NCBI GenBank assembly: GCA_038087875.1
Contig: JAXLNO010000146.1
Location: forward strand, 620,001-684,000
Reading direction: 5' to 3'
DNA: 64,000 nucleotides
Source of the DNA: Malacoraja senta
Taxonomy: Eukaryota
A model generated the notes under the pieces. It worked only from the letters and a program-made list of their open reading frames with translations. It searched no databases and had not been told where the DNA came from. Shown here one piece after another: positions 1-14,031 of the stretch. The stretch's first letter is position 1, and the number at the start of each line of letters is the position of its first letter. Position numbers and translations under genes: made by a program.

Positions 1-209
1 GATGGATTTTATTTTAAAATGTGTACATAAATACGACGAAATGTAATCAGGAGTGGCTAATCGTAAAGAAAAATGAAATCTCTACCGAAATGGAAAAAAT
101 CTCGTCGTTTCTGCGTGCGGTGTTGGCGTAGCGCGGTATCAAAGGGGCTGGCTGGCACAAGACAAGCAGGCAGCCAGCCAGCCACCACACACAGAGTTTT
201 AATGTTATA
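1..209 (-). mobile_element. Non-autonomous Helitron-like element, partial copy running off the window start, joined head-to-tail to the next copy
   Basis: 1-100 aligns by eye with 426-530 (gatggattttatt...gtgtacataaa...taatcaggagtggcta.tcgtaaaga.aaatg.aatctct). It ends in agagttttaatgttata directly abutting the CTAG end of the adjacent copy. Confidence 0.6.
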
Positions 210-667
210 CTAGACCAAGTGCAGACCCGTTGGGTCTGGTCCCCGAAAGTGCTTCACACCCCGGGGTGTTGTTACCGAACGTGCTTCAGACCCGGGGTGA
301 AAATCGTGGAAAAAAAGATGGCGTCGTTTTCGGAAAAAACCGGAGAAAATCGGCGAAAAAAAGATGGCGTCGTTTTCGGAGAAAATCGGAGACAATCGGA
401 GAAAATCACATGTGGGTGGGGGGGGGATGGATTTTATTAAAAAAAACGTGTACATAAACAGGACCGAATTTAATCAGGAGTGGCTATTCGTAAAGATAAA
501 TGTAATCTCTTTGGAAATGGTAAAAAATATGGGCCTATCCGCGTGCCGTGTGGGCCAGGGGCGTAATCAAAGGCGGCGTACGGACGTACAGACGTACAGA
601 CGTAGAGACGTACAGACGTACAGACGTACAGACGGACGACAGCCAGAGAGTTTTAAAAGTATATAGA
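210..667 (-). mobile_element. Non-autonomous Helitron-like element
   Basis: On the minus strand it starts TCTATATAC...AAAACTCTC next to a (TCTA)n tract. It ends with a GC-rich hairpin CAGACCC-aac-GGGTCTG (222-238) followed by CTAG (210-213) and T, the canonical Helitron termini. Confidence 0.7.
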
Positions 668-745
668 TAGATAGATATATAGATAGATAGATAGATAGAT
701 AGATATAGATAGATATAGAAGATATATATATACACATATATATAT
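661..745. repeat. (GATA)n/(TA)n microsatellite
   Basis: Direct inspection. Confidence 0.9.
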
Positions 746-802
746 TATAATTTAAATGGACTGCAACATGGAAATAGGCTGCCCATGGTATAATATGAGC
801 AT

Positions 803-821
803 TGGCCATTAGATGGCGCTT
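803..821 (+). promoter_or_regulatory. CTCF-like motif followed by TAATTA homeodomain-type sites
   Basis: TGGCCATTAGATGGCGCTT against consensus CCASYAGRKGGCRS (one core mismatch); ctaattagtttaattaattaatgtg at 841-865. Confidence 0.4.
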
Positions 822-1140
822 ACTTTCACGGTCCCATTTTCTAATTAGTTTAATTAATTAATGTGCAACTTTTGGCAATGACGAGTTATGACATCCTTCT
901 CAATTATATTTCATCTAAATCTGTGGAAAATTTCATGTAGTTTGGTGACGGGTCACAAAAACTGGATTCTAGACACATTTTTGATGCTCGGCCCACAGCC
1001 TAAAATGTTGCACCTCGTCTCACTCTCCGTCAGATGCAGCCCGAATATTTTCAGCAATAACTTTCCCATTTCAGTTATCCATATCCCTTAGTTTTCTCCC
1101 TGCTTGCCATTTTGATTGATAACGAAACCAAAATGATTTT

Positions 1141-1560
1141 AAAAAAAAAATTATTTGAAGAATTGTACATTGCAGTGATATCAAGCAAAAATAAAATTAT
1201 ACAGTACTTGTACCACTTCTTATTTTACACTTTAAAGAGAAAAAAGATAGAGAGAGTTAGCAAAGATAGTGAGTGAGTGAAAGAGTGGTCCAGAGAAACC
1301 CGTAGGGACCTAAACCACAAGAAAGAGTTAAACAGAAAACAAAAGAAAAAGAAAGAGAAAAAAAAGTAAGGTAAGATAAGACAAGATAAAAGGGATGTAC
1401 CTACTTCGTATCTTTACACACCCCTCACCAGGTCCTGAAACCATTTATTTTCAACGTTTTGTTGCACCCTATGTTTGTAATAAGTCGATAAATGGAGACC
1501 AAATCTTTTGCAAATGGTCTGATTTGCCTGCTAAGAGGAATCTCATATCTTCCAGGTACC
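1141..1560 (-). mobile_element. L1/Tx1-type LINE 3' fragment
   Basis: Minus strand encodes LEDMRFLLAGKSDHLQKIWSPFIDLLQT*, resembling the L1 ORF2 C-terminal KxWxPF motif, followed by a pyrimidine-rich 3' UTR. Confidence 0.55.
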
Positions 1561-2270
1561 AAAACGATTTTATAAAGCAGAAAGAGAAATTGAAGTGGTT
1601 TAATTAGAACGCGAGAGATTACCTAAACCTGAAATAGAAATAGGATGTGCTAGAAAACAGAAAGGGGCAGATCACGGGTTGGTGTTTCAGTTCAAAGACC
1701 ATCCCTTCAATCTCTGATGGTCACCGTTAGACCAGCTGATGAGTCTTGGAGCTAAAGCGTGAGCATTTTACAGATTGAGATCTTGGACCTAAAGCCCGTT
1801 TCCAGATTGTTTAGTTTTTTTTCTTGTCATGCAAAGATACAGAGTTTTCTTTTCAGATTGATGACCTTATATTGGAGTTTCGAGAGTATTTTGGGACTGG
1901 CGACATGATTACACTGTTTTTTAAATGAAGCTGATATAATCACTCTGCCTGTGCAAAGTGGTATTGAATGACGTGCGGCAACGAACGCTTTGAACTCCAA
2001 TTGAGTACCTTTTGTGGTCCGTCTCGTTGAGTGTCTTCATTCATAAAGTAATACAGCGCGGAAGTAGAGCCTTCGGTCCAATTTGCTCATTCCGTCCAAG
2101 ATGCCCCATCTACACTTGTCCTATTTGCACGCTTTTAGCCCATATTTCTCGAAAACATTCCTGTCTTCGAATTTGCCCAAATGCGGTTCAAATGATGTTT
2201 TATTATCTACCTCAAATACCTCATCTACCAGCCCATTCCCTACACCGCCCTCTCTGTGGTAAAACTTCAT

Positions 2271-2534
2271 GTGAAGTACGTCCCTTGCTTACGCACATCG
2301 GCCCGTGTGCCCACGCGTGTATCTATAGGATGATCCAGAGTACGTTCAGACAGGAAGTGAAGAACGCGCTTAAATATTTAACCGTAGTTATTAGTAAACC
2401 CAAGAAACTGGCGCCGCAGTGGCCTGGAACCAGACTTGGGATGTGACGCCGACTTTCGCTTTATTCTTCCACAAGATCGTGCTGTTCTGTGCTCTCGATT
2501 CCACCCAGAACGGACTCGTGGAATAAGACTCCCC
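2271..2534 (+). pseudogene. Remnant of a third GPR139-like GPCR paralog (TM7, helix 8, C-tail, start of 3' UTR)
   Basis: Encodes EVRPLLTHIGPCAHACIYRMIQSTFRQEVKNALKYLTVVISKPKKLAPQWPGTRLGM*. The DNA aligns with 3472-3697, including the downstream UTR-like sequence. Confidence 0.85.
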
Positions 2535-2720
2535 ATTAAAATAGACTTTACCCCATTGCCCCATTTATTCTCGACTCTAACTCGATATCATGTGGCTCTT
2601 GTCCATTCGCCGTATCTGATCCCCTCGTGCTTTCTTGCAGCCCCCAAACCTAATCTTAATTCCATTAAATGATGGTTCCATTCAAATATTAATTCCATTG
2701 CATTTTTGTTCTTCCTTCAG

Positions 2721-3742
2721 CGAACGTGCTGACGGCTGCGATCCTACACCGGGGAAAGTGCGGGCTCTCCAGAGGAATCACCCGTTACATGGTGGCGATG
2801 GCAATCTCCGACCTTCTCGTTATAATCTTACACGTGTTACTCCGGGAAATCTACATTTACTACGTCCCTAACTCCTTCCTCTCCCTCAGCGCAGTTTGTC
2901 CTTCTAATGTGTACCTGCGGATCGTCACCGTGGACTATTCCGTCTGGTTAACAGTGTCCTTCACCTTTGACCGTTTTGTCAGCATTTGCTGCCCGAAGCT
3001 GAGACTGATCTATTGCACGGATAGGACGGCCGCCGTGGTCATTGTGTCCATGTGCGCGCTGTGCTGCATAAAGTACATCCCCTTTAACTTCATGTACGAG
3101 TCACGCTTCACTATGGACAGTGTCAAGTGGGGATGCCGACCCAAACCCGCCTACATCACCTCCATCTGGTGGGTGGCTTTCTCGTGGATGTGCAGCATCT
3201 CTCTCTCCTTCCTCCCCTTCCTTCTGGTTCTATTGTTTAACGGGTTGACGGTCAGGAACATCGTTGCGGCCAGCAGAGTCCGCCGGCGCCTGAAGGCACT
3301 GGATGGCAAGGACACTGAGACAGAGAATCGGACAAAGTCCATTATTTTACTGTTCACGGAGTCCGGCGCCTACATACTGCTGTGGACAACGTCAACTGTG
3401 ACCTACATTTCCACTCGTGTCACAGAGAACTTCGTGGGCGGGGATCAAACAAGCCCCTCTTACATCGCCAATGAAGTGGGCGGCTTGCTCATGCACATCA
3501 GCTCCTGCGCGAACACTTGTATCTATGGGATGACCCAGAGTAGGTTCAGACAGGAAGTGAAAACCTATGAAACTGGCGCGGCAGTGGTCTGGAACCAGAT
3601 GAGATGTGACGCTGCCCTTCGCTTTATTCTTCCACAAGATCGTGCTGTTCTATGCTCTCGATTTCACCCAGAGTGGACTCATGGAATAGGACTCCTCGTT
3701 TACCTGCTATTTTTGCGTCAATTTTCTCGGTTCAGTTTGTAA
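2721..3742 (+). CDS. GPR139-like class A GPCR, main coding exon (copy 1); C-tail frameshifted; first coding exon not located
   Basis: Acceptor ttcttccttcag|CG AAC (phase 1). Motifs NVLTAAILHRGKCGLS, AMAISDLL (TM2), FTFDRFVSICCP (TM3), PFLLVLLFNGLTVR (TM5), CANTCIY (TM7), FRQEVK (helix 8). AATAAA at 3753-3758. Confidence 0.85.
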
Positions 3743-4785
3743 GCTGCCGTGAAATAAAGCGATCGACACAGTGTAATCTTCATATTTTCATCTCATTGCA
3801 AGAAATAAAGATGTTGCATTAAAATCAATGAACCTGAAAACCTGCCCCAGCGTTTTTTAAATTACATCAGATTACATCCATTCTTTGTTTTCTGATGACT
3901 GAATAATGTTTCGCCTTCTGGGCAAAGTCTAAGCGAAATGTGTTGGGCACGTTTTGCACGCAGAGAGTGGTAGGGGTTTGAAACGCGCTGTCGTTGATGG
4001 TCGTGGTAACAGACATGATGGGGCGTTAAACTATTTTCAGATAGGCAGGTGGATGTGCAGGAAATAAAGGCATATGACACACGTGCGAGTTTAGTTCAGC
4101 TTGGCATCATGTTCAGCGGGGAACATTTTCGCTGAGTGACTTGTTCCTATGCTTTACTGTTCTATGTGCTAAGAAAGGTGAAAGACGTCGACCTCTCCAA
4201 TGTGCAGGAAGGAACTACAGGTGCTGGTTTACACTGAAGACAGACACGACATGCTCGTGTAACTCAACGGGTCTGGCAGCTTCTCTGGAAAAAAAGGCAC
4301 AGGTTACATTTTGGGTCGAGAATCTTTTTCAGACTCTTTTCTGAAGCAGGGTCTCCAACCGAAACGCCACCAACTACTTTTCTCCAGAGGCATCTAGTGC
4401 ACTAATTCTGTTTTGTTTCTCATTTGTGATATTCAGTACTATTTCCTTCATGAATGCTTTTATGTAACATCATTTCTTGCCACAGCGCTACATGTCTTCC
4501 CTGCACATGTGCACGAGGAACACGCACACATTTACACATCGAGAATAATACACACTCCTGAGTCGATCGCCCCGATGGCGCTTCTATCGTCGACTGCGGG
4601 GGCTTTGATCGACTCGGCTCCGGATGGTTTGACTGCCCCGGGAGCGCGTGAACAAGAGGAAGCAGATTGAACTTTATTGCCTTCCATCACAGTGAGGAAT
4701 ATGGAATCCAATGTGAGGGATGTTTCTGTTAACTTTTATGTGGTTGTGTGTTTTGTTTTCCCTCAGTTTGGCTGTTTGGTAACTC

Positions 4786-6949
<2,164 letters not shown>

Positions 6950-8079
6950 AGAGTCTCGATCCGAAACGTCACCCATTCCTTCTCTCCAGAGATGCTGCCT
7001 GTCCCGTTGAGTTCCTCAAGCATTTTGTGTCTATCTTCGGTTTAAATCGGCATCTGCAGTTCCTCCCAGCACATAAGAACGTAGGGAGGTGCTTGGGGTT
7101 CTTAGACCAGCGCAGAATATGAATGGAAGTAGGATATGGAGCAAATATATAACACGTGTATAGGCCGCGGGTAGAATTCCGTGCACAGTTCTGGTCGCCA
7201 CTCTGAATGAAGATGCAGTTTTGGTCATTTACCAAGATGTTCGCCAAGGGTGGATTATCTGGTCTATGAGGGGAGGTGGATAAGCAGCGGCGTTTCCTTC
7301 TGAGCGGATTATGCTGGGGGAGGCTCTTAGACCTATGTAAAATTGGAACGTGGCGGGGTGGGGGTTATGAACAGAAGTGGCAGAGGACAGATATGTCTAT
7401 TACTAGGGAGTAAAGGTTTATCGTGAGGTGTGGGACATTTAAAATGGATTTCAGGAATATAATGCGCAAAATCTGGATGCATTGGCTGAGGTGGTCGTGG
7501 ATACACATAGCATGACAACATTTCAGTTCCATTAGCATTTCAAACGCCACGGATAGAACGACGGTCGTATTTGTCAGCTAGTCGAGCTACATAACTCCAA
7601 GTGATGTCACCACACAGGTACAGTGATCCAGTTTCGATCCTGACCTCCGACTGTCTCCATGAAGTTTGCACCTTCTCCATGTGAATGCGTGGGTTTTCCC
7701 GGGAGTTTCGCTTCCGTCCGTCCCTCACATCCTGGAGACATGCGGATTAGTAAATTAACAGCCAAGTTGTCAATAGTGCGTGGTTGCATCTAGAGCGCGA
7801 ATTGATTGTATTGAGGCAAGAATAAAGTGCGATTAGTTTCTAATTACACCTATAGGTGCTTAGCGCCGGGAGGATGTTGGGTGAAAATAATAGAACAAGT
7901 TACATGCGGTAAATCTGAAATCTGAAATATAAAATCTGATATAAAGGTGCCGACCAGGCTACACCCGTGGGAAAGGAAACAGAGTTAATATTTCCCGGCC
8001 TCCTTGCAACTTAATCAGATTCGTTTGTCTTTTCCAAATTCTGGCGAACTGGTCTGTTGGTGCGTCCATCACATCCTCG

Positions 8080-8098
8080 ATGCCACTAGGTGGCGCGA
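8080..8098 (+). promoter_or_regulatory. Strong CTCF consensus motif followed by TAATT/ATTA homeodomain-type sites
   Basis: ATGCCACTAGGTGGCGCGA matches CCASYAGRKGGCRS fully; followed by aattaatttaac...caattac...gattaatgtg. Confidence 0.55.
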
Positions 8099-8314
8099 AT
8101 TAATTTAACTCTTCAATTACCGCGATTAATGTGTGAAGAGATCTGAAACGTCAGCCGGGTAAGATGTCTAACACTGTACTCAACCCGATAACTAATGGTC
8201 ACTTCATCTGTTTGTCACAATTCTCCTACGATGCACAGAAGTAATATCAAGCTTTAACTTCTGCAACTTTTAATGCATATTTACGGAATTTACTGTGTGT
8301 TGATGCTATGATGC

Positions 8315-9079
8315 GTCTCGACTCTGGATCAGTTCCTGTGGACTGGAGGGTAGCCAATGTAACTCCCCTCTTTAAGAAAGAAGGGAGAGAGAAAACGGGG
8401 AATTATAGACTGCTTAGCTTTACATCGGTAGTGGGAAACTGCTGGAGTCGATTATTAAAGATGTTATAGCAGCGCATTTGGAAAGCATTGACGGGATCTG
8501 AAAAGTCAGCATGGATTTATGATGGGGAAATCATGCTTGACTAATCTTTTGGAATTTTTTAACGGTGTAACAAGTAGAATGGATAAGGGAGAGCCAGTGG
8601 ATGTGGTGTATCTGAACTTTCAAAAAGCCTTTGACACGGTTCCACACAAGAGATGAGTGTGCTAAATGAGAGAACATGGTTTGGGGGCTTGGGTTTTGAC
8701 ATGGATGGAGAGCAGGTTGGCAGAAAGGAAGCAAAGAGTAGGAGTTAACGGTTCCTTTGCAGAATGGCAGGTAGTGACTAGTGGGGTGCCGCAAGGCTCG
8801 GTTCTGGGACCCCAGTAGTTTACAATATATATTAACGATTTAGACGAGGGATTTAAATGTAATATTTCTAACTTTGCGGATGACACAACGCTGGGTGGGA
8901 GTGTGAGCTGCGAGGAGGATGCTATGAGGCTGCAGGGTGACTTGGATAGGTTGGGTGAGTGGGCAGAAGCATGGCAGATGCAGTATAACGTGGATACATG
9001 TGAAATTATCCACTTTGGTGGCAAGAACGGGAAGGCAGATTATTATCCGAATGGTGACAGATTTGTTGGGGAGGTACAA
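8315..9079 (+). mobile_element. CR1 LINE, 5' part of a copy split by nested insertions
   Basis: Degenerate RT motifs ([55 protein letters not shown]); continues at about 14320. Confidence 0.9.
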
Positions 9080-9283
9080 GTCAAGTCAAGTCAAGTGAGT
9101 TTATTGTCATGTGTCCCTGGTAGGACAATGAAATTCTTGCTTTGCTTGAGCACAACAGAACATAGTAGGCATTTACTACAAGGCATTCTATAAATATATA
9201 CACAATGGTCAATATACTGATAAAGTGCAAATAACAGTATTGGCTAGTAAAGTTCAGTGTTATGTCCGAGCCAGGTTTAATAG
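9078..9283 (-). mobile_element. Rex1/Babar LINE 3' UTR and (TTGAC)n tail; left part of a copy split by the DIRS element
   Basis: Near-exact reverse complement of 39801-40003. Confidence 0.9.
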
Positions 9284-9797
9284 TAAGATTGAACGAGAAC
9301 TTACCAGTTTGAAGTTTGATCTGTATTTTATGAGGAGTTACGATGAGGGATTACGTGAAGAGCCCGTCCAGCACGCATGCGCGACATTCTTCAAAGCAGC
9401 GGTGTGGAATCACAGGAAACACAATAATTGAAATAAACATAGTAAAGAAAAGGAGAACTAAGATACCAGTTGATCTATAATTGAGGGTGGGAGCGGAGGG
9501 CACGTAATCCCTCATCGTAACTCCTCATAAAATACAGATCAAACTTCAAACTGGTAAGTTCTCGTTTAATCTTACTATTTTACTTCGGAGTCACGTGATT
9601 GACTACGTGAAGATTTTAAAGCTCTGTGATTTCAAAGTGCAAATAACAGTATTGGCTAGTAACAGTTCATACTTCACTCGCTGCCGAAGTCATTCAAGGG
9701 AGGAAGTATGTTATCGTAATCAACCATAATCTGTTTGTAAACAATAATGGTATCTATTAAACAATAACAAAAGACAAAATGCTCCCCCGGGCTTAAA

Positions 9798-10671
9798 TTA
9801 TATATTTTTGCAGATTTTAAAAGTTTCTGCAAATAACACAAGTTCTGCTAGCGGCTTGTGGTAGAACGTTTGGAACGTTTTCTCCATGTTCATTCTTTTA
9901 GCCGCCGATGTGGATGCTGCCCTGGTGGAGTGAGATGTATATACATCAGTATCTACTCCAGCAGCTCCCAGTACCTGCTTGAGCCATCTCGAGATGGTTT
10001 GGCTCGACACCCAACCATGAGGTTTCTTGTGGCTTTTATTTTTATTTATTTTTTTCCTTCTCCCTCGAGAATCTCTTGTTGTGTTGATGTAAGTGAATAA
10101 GTGAGTCATGACACACAACCGTAGGTCAGGTGGGTATGCCCGGAAATCCATAACTAGGACTCAAGTTCCCGGCTTGCTCTGCTTTAGCAGCTCCTGAATG
10201 GTGAATGAGACCCGGTCTGGTGTTATAACCATGTTGTCCAGTCGCAGTAAGTGGAGGGACTGGACTCTTTGTGCTGAGACTAGTGGCATCAGCATGACCG
10301 TTTTCAGGGTTAGCTTTTCCAGGGTGAGACCTGGCTGGGGACCATCCCCTTAGGTATGTCAGGACCACACTGACATCCCAGATTTGGGTATACCTAGGTC
10401 TAAGAGGGTTGGAGTTGACGATACTCCTCATGAGTTTGATCACCAGCGGTTGAGACCCTATGGCCTGTTGTCTTGGCACCTGTTTTAAGTAGGCTGACAG
10501 CGCACGTCTGGCAGTATTGATGGCGCTGTAGCTCAATCCTTCATTATGGTGAAGGCCCCCCAGGAACTCCCGTACATTGGTTATGGTTGCAGATGAGTAC
10601 GTTGTCCCAGTAGTCGAGCAGTATCTTTCCCACTTCCTGATGCTCGATAGGTATTGTTTCCTGGTGGACAT
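9798..10671 (-). pseudogene. DIRS tyrosine recombinase, frameshifted
   Basis: ORFs 10126-10671 (STRKQYLSSIRKW...RPRYTQIWDVSVVL) and 9798-10151 (TISRWLKQVL..AGVD...HSTRAASTS). Confidence 0.85.
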
Positions 10672-10779
10672 ACGGTGTCATCATGTTGATGGCCCTGTCA
10701 GACACCCCAGTCCCTGCAGTGGCCTTTTGATAATCTGCAACCCAGTAGGTTAATTTTGTCATGGCATGGATGACTTATG

Positions 10780-12570
10780 CCTGATACAGGGTGCGTCAAT
10801 AGGTCTGGGCTACTGGGAAAGATCAGAGGAGTTTCGATGACCATGTCGAGGACCACTGGGAACCATGGCTGTGTAGGCCAGTTGGTACTATCAAAATACC
10901 TGAAGCAGAGTCCATCTGTATTTTGCGTAGTACCCTACAGATTAAGGCAGAAGGGGGGAAAAAGCATAGAAGAAATAGGTCCCCCAGTTCAGCGCGAATG
11001 CATCTATCGCTGCTGCCTCAGGGTGTGGTTCCCAAGGGACATACATTGGTACGTGGTGATTTAGTCTGGATGCAAAGAGATCGATATCTGGTGTGCCATA
11101 TTAGTTTGTAATTTTAGCAAAAGCTCTAGGATTTAACATCCATTCGGTGTTTATCATTGAATTTGCGTGACCTGGCACTCTATTTAGCTTACCTGGTAGG
11201 TAAGTTGCTGATAGCCAAATATGTCTATCGACCCACCATTACCAGATTGTGTTGACCCAATTGTCACATGATATCGATTTTATTCCGCCCATATTGTTAA
11301 TATAGGCCACCACCGTGATATTATCAATTTGTAAATGAACATGCAAGTTGTGCATATTCCTAGAATATGCTTTAAAACCATAAAACGCACCCAACATTTC
11401 CAAATAATTTATGCCCAGTGTTTGTAGTAAAGAGGAGTCTAGGTTAGTCCATCTACCACCTGTGCTGGATATGGTATTAGTTGCTCCCCAGCCTTGCGCA
11501 CTGGCATCTGTTTGTATAGTTAACGTTGGGTTATTGATGATGATAGGGCTGGAACTATGCCAAATGTGTTATATCCACCATTGTAACTCTGATATTGCTT
11601 CAATGGGTAGTTTCATTGTTCGGTCAAAGTGACCTGCATGTCGTTTCAACGCCTGTACTTTTGCCCTTTGTAGGTGCTGATAGTGCAGGAGTCCAAATTG
11701 TGTAGCTGAAAATGCTGCTACCATTTTGCCAATTACTCTTGCCACTTGTAGGATGGTTTGTCGATTGCTTACCATTAAATTGTTGCACGTCTGTGCTAAT
11801 TCTGCTGCTTTACCTTTTGGCAACATTATAGACATGTGGATTGAGTTAATTGTGAATCCCAGATAGTCCATAGTTGTGGATGGCGTCAACTTAGATTTAT
11901 CTGGATGTATGACAAAACCCAGGGTTTCAAACAATTGTTTGGTAGCTAATACCGCTGATTTAGCCAACTCCATGGTTTTGCCTACTATTAGGATATGATC
12001 AAGATACGCCATGACAATTTGTCTTTGTTTCGTTAATGTTGCCAAGGCTGGTTTAAATATCTTGGTAAATAGTCTAGGGCTGATGTCAACCCATTAGGCA
12101 ACACTTTATACTGCCATAGTTGCCCCATCCAGGTAAATTTCAGGTATTTGCGATGACCCTTCTGAATGGGTACTGAATAGTAAGCATCTTTTAAATCAAT
12201 GCTTGCCATAAAGTATCGTTTGGAAATCAGTTGTTTAGCAGTTACAAATGTTTCCATTTTGAAAGGTACATACTTAACAAAGGTATTTAGTGAGGTTAAG
12301 TCAATGATGATGCAACATCCACCATCTTTTTTGCTTTTGGTAAATATATTTGAGACAAATTCACCAGTTCTGCTTGAGCCTCTAGTTCTCTTTGACTGAG
12401 AGGGTAAAGACCCTTTGGGGTACGTGCTGAACTGGTGGCATTTTCTTGAATGAACTCTATTTTGTATCCCCGAATACTGTTAAGTATATAACTATCATTC
12501 GTGAGACACCTCCTGTTAGTACAGTTCCCCCATTTACATGCTGGTAGGAACCAGACCCACCTACCTCCAT
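10780..12570 (-). pseudogene. DIRS pol (RT, RNase H, MT-like), disrupted
   Basis: ORFs 12033-12257 and 11569-12045; the catalytic YxDD motif reads YLDH; frameshifts and stops are present. Confidence 0.85.
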
Positions 12571-14031
12571 AGTTATGGTAGTGTTCCTTTCTTCCGTTTG
12601 TTCATCCGTCGTTATACTGCTGGATGTACTGCTGATGTACTGCTGATTGGGGGTGGCGCATTTTCCATGGGGTCCGCTCTGGGCCCTGGCCTAAAAAGGC
12701 TTTCGGGGATAGTATGCGGACCCCGAGCTTTCACCAGTTCCATAAATTTGACCTTGACTGGTGGACGCAGTGGGGTACTGCCGTCTGGTTTTTTGTGTGG
12801 GTCTGCTCGTTCCGGGGCCTGCCCTCATGAGGCCAAATGCTTTGGACTCTTCCTCCAGGTCTTTCACTTGTCCTTCCAAATAACAGGATCTGCGGCTCTG
12901 AGGCCGGTGTTTTACACAGTCCTGCAAACCTGGGATTGAGGGCAGGTCTTATTCTCTCCTTGCGGAGGTTGTTTATCTCATATTGGGTGTTGCACAGCAG
13001 AGCCAGAGTGTCTTGCTGGTTTGTGGTCATACCCACCCCATCCACGGAACGAGCATAGGCTGTTATCCCTGTCGTCAGGAGCTTGAGGATTTTAGCTCCT
13101 GGTTCCGGATACTCTGTCCCATATACCCCCCCCCCCCCCCAGATTTGGCTGTTAACAGCCGGTACATTGAGCGAACTGCAGTTTTCCAGCTCTAGTGCCG
13201 CATTAAGTACCTGTCTTGTAGGGGTTTTAGGGACAGGTGGTTAATGCTGGCCGCCAGTTTTGGCTGCAACGGCCGCCCTGCTCGTGGTGTAACCACGTAG
13301 CGAATCTCCACACCCAGCAGCTCTTCCTGATCCTGTACCCCAAGCGTACTCCCGACATCTTCAGCCAATGACCCCTGTTCCTGACCAGCCCAGCCCTGGT
13401 CGCCAACGCTGCCCTGCTTTGAGGGGAAAGTGATGGCCAGTGCATTGTAGAGCACTGCTGTGGGAGTGCCTGATCCCCCTGGCGAGACTGCTCCAGCTCC
13501 CGAAGCAAGTCTCGCCGGAGCAGTTGCTCCATGAGCCTTTCCATTCGGCTCAGGCGGCTAGTTCTGCGGAGAGTCCTCCTCATCGGAGTCAGACATAACC
13601 GGCCGTTTTTTTTTTATTTTTTTATTTTTTTAAACTTTTCCTCCAGCCCGCTGCCGCTCATCAGGCTGCGCTAGCGGTACTGGGCTCGGCTCGGTCTCGA
13701 TGAGGGTGGAGCGCAGCATATGTGGTCCAGGTGCCGCCTCTCGCCCCCCACTGATGGAACACTCCCGTTCTGTTGGAGTCGAACGGGGGGCGGTTTTCTC
13801 CTTTGCCGTGCTACTCATTTCCCCAGTTCCCCTGGAATACAGAGCAGAGCACAGCTTGCTGATTACGACCTCAGAGTAAGACTTACCTGATGGTCCGCTG
13901 TTTATTTTCCACCGACGTGTAGCGGGAGCGCTTGTACTCCCGGTCCTCGCTGTTGCACTGCGTGAACGCTAATGTCGCGCATGCGTGCTGGACGGGCTCT
14001 TCACGTAGTCACTCACGTGACTCCGAAGTAA

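Noticed and set aside
210..809. Cluster of short overlapping ORFs
   Set aside because: Fall within the Helitron-like repeat and (GATA)n tract, with no recognisable domains
8129..8165. Coding first exon for GPCR copy 2 ending CCG G|GTAAGA
   Set aside because: The in-phase frame has TGA at 8134-8136 with no ATG after it; at most a non-coding exon
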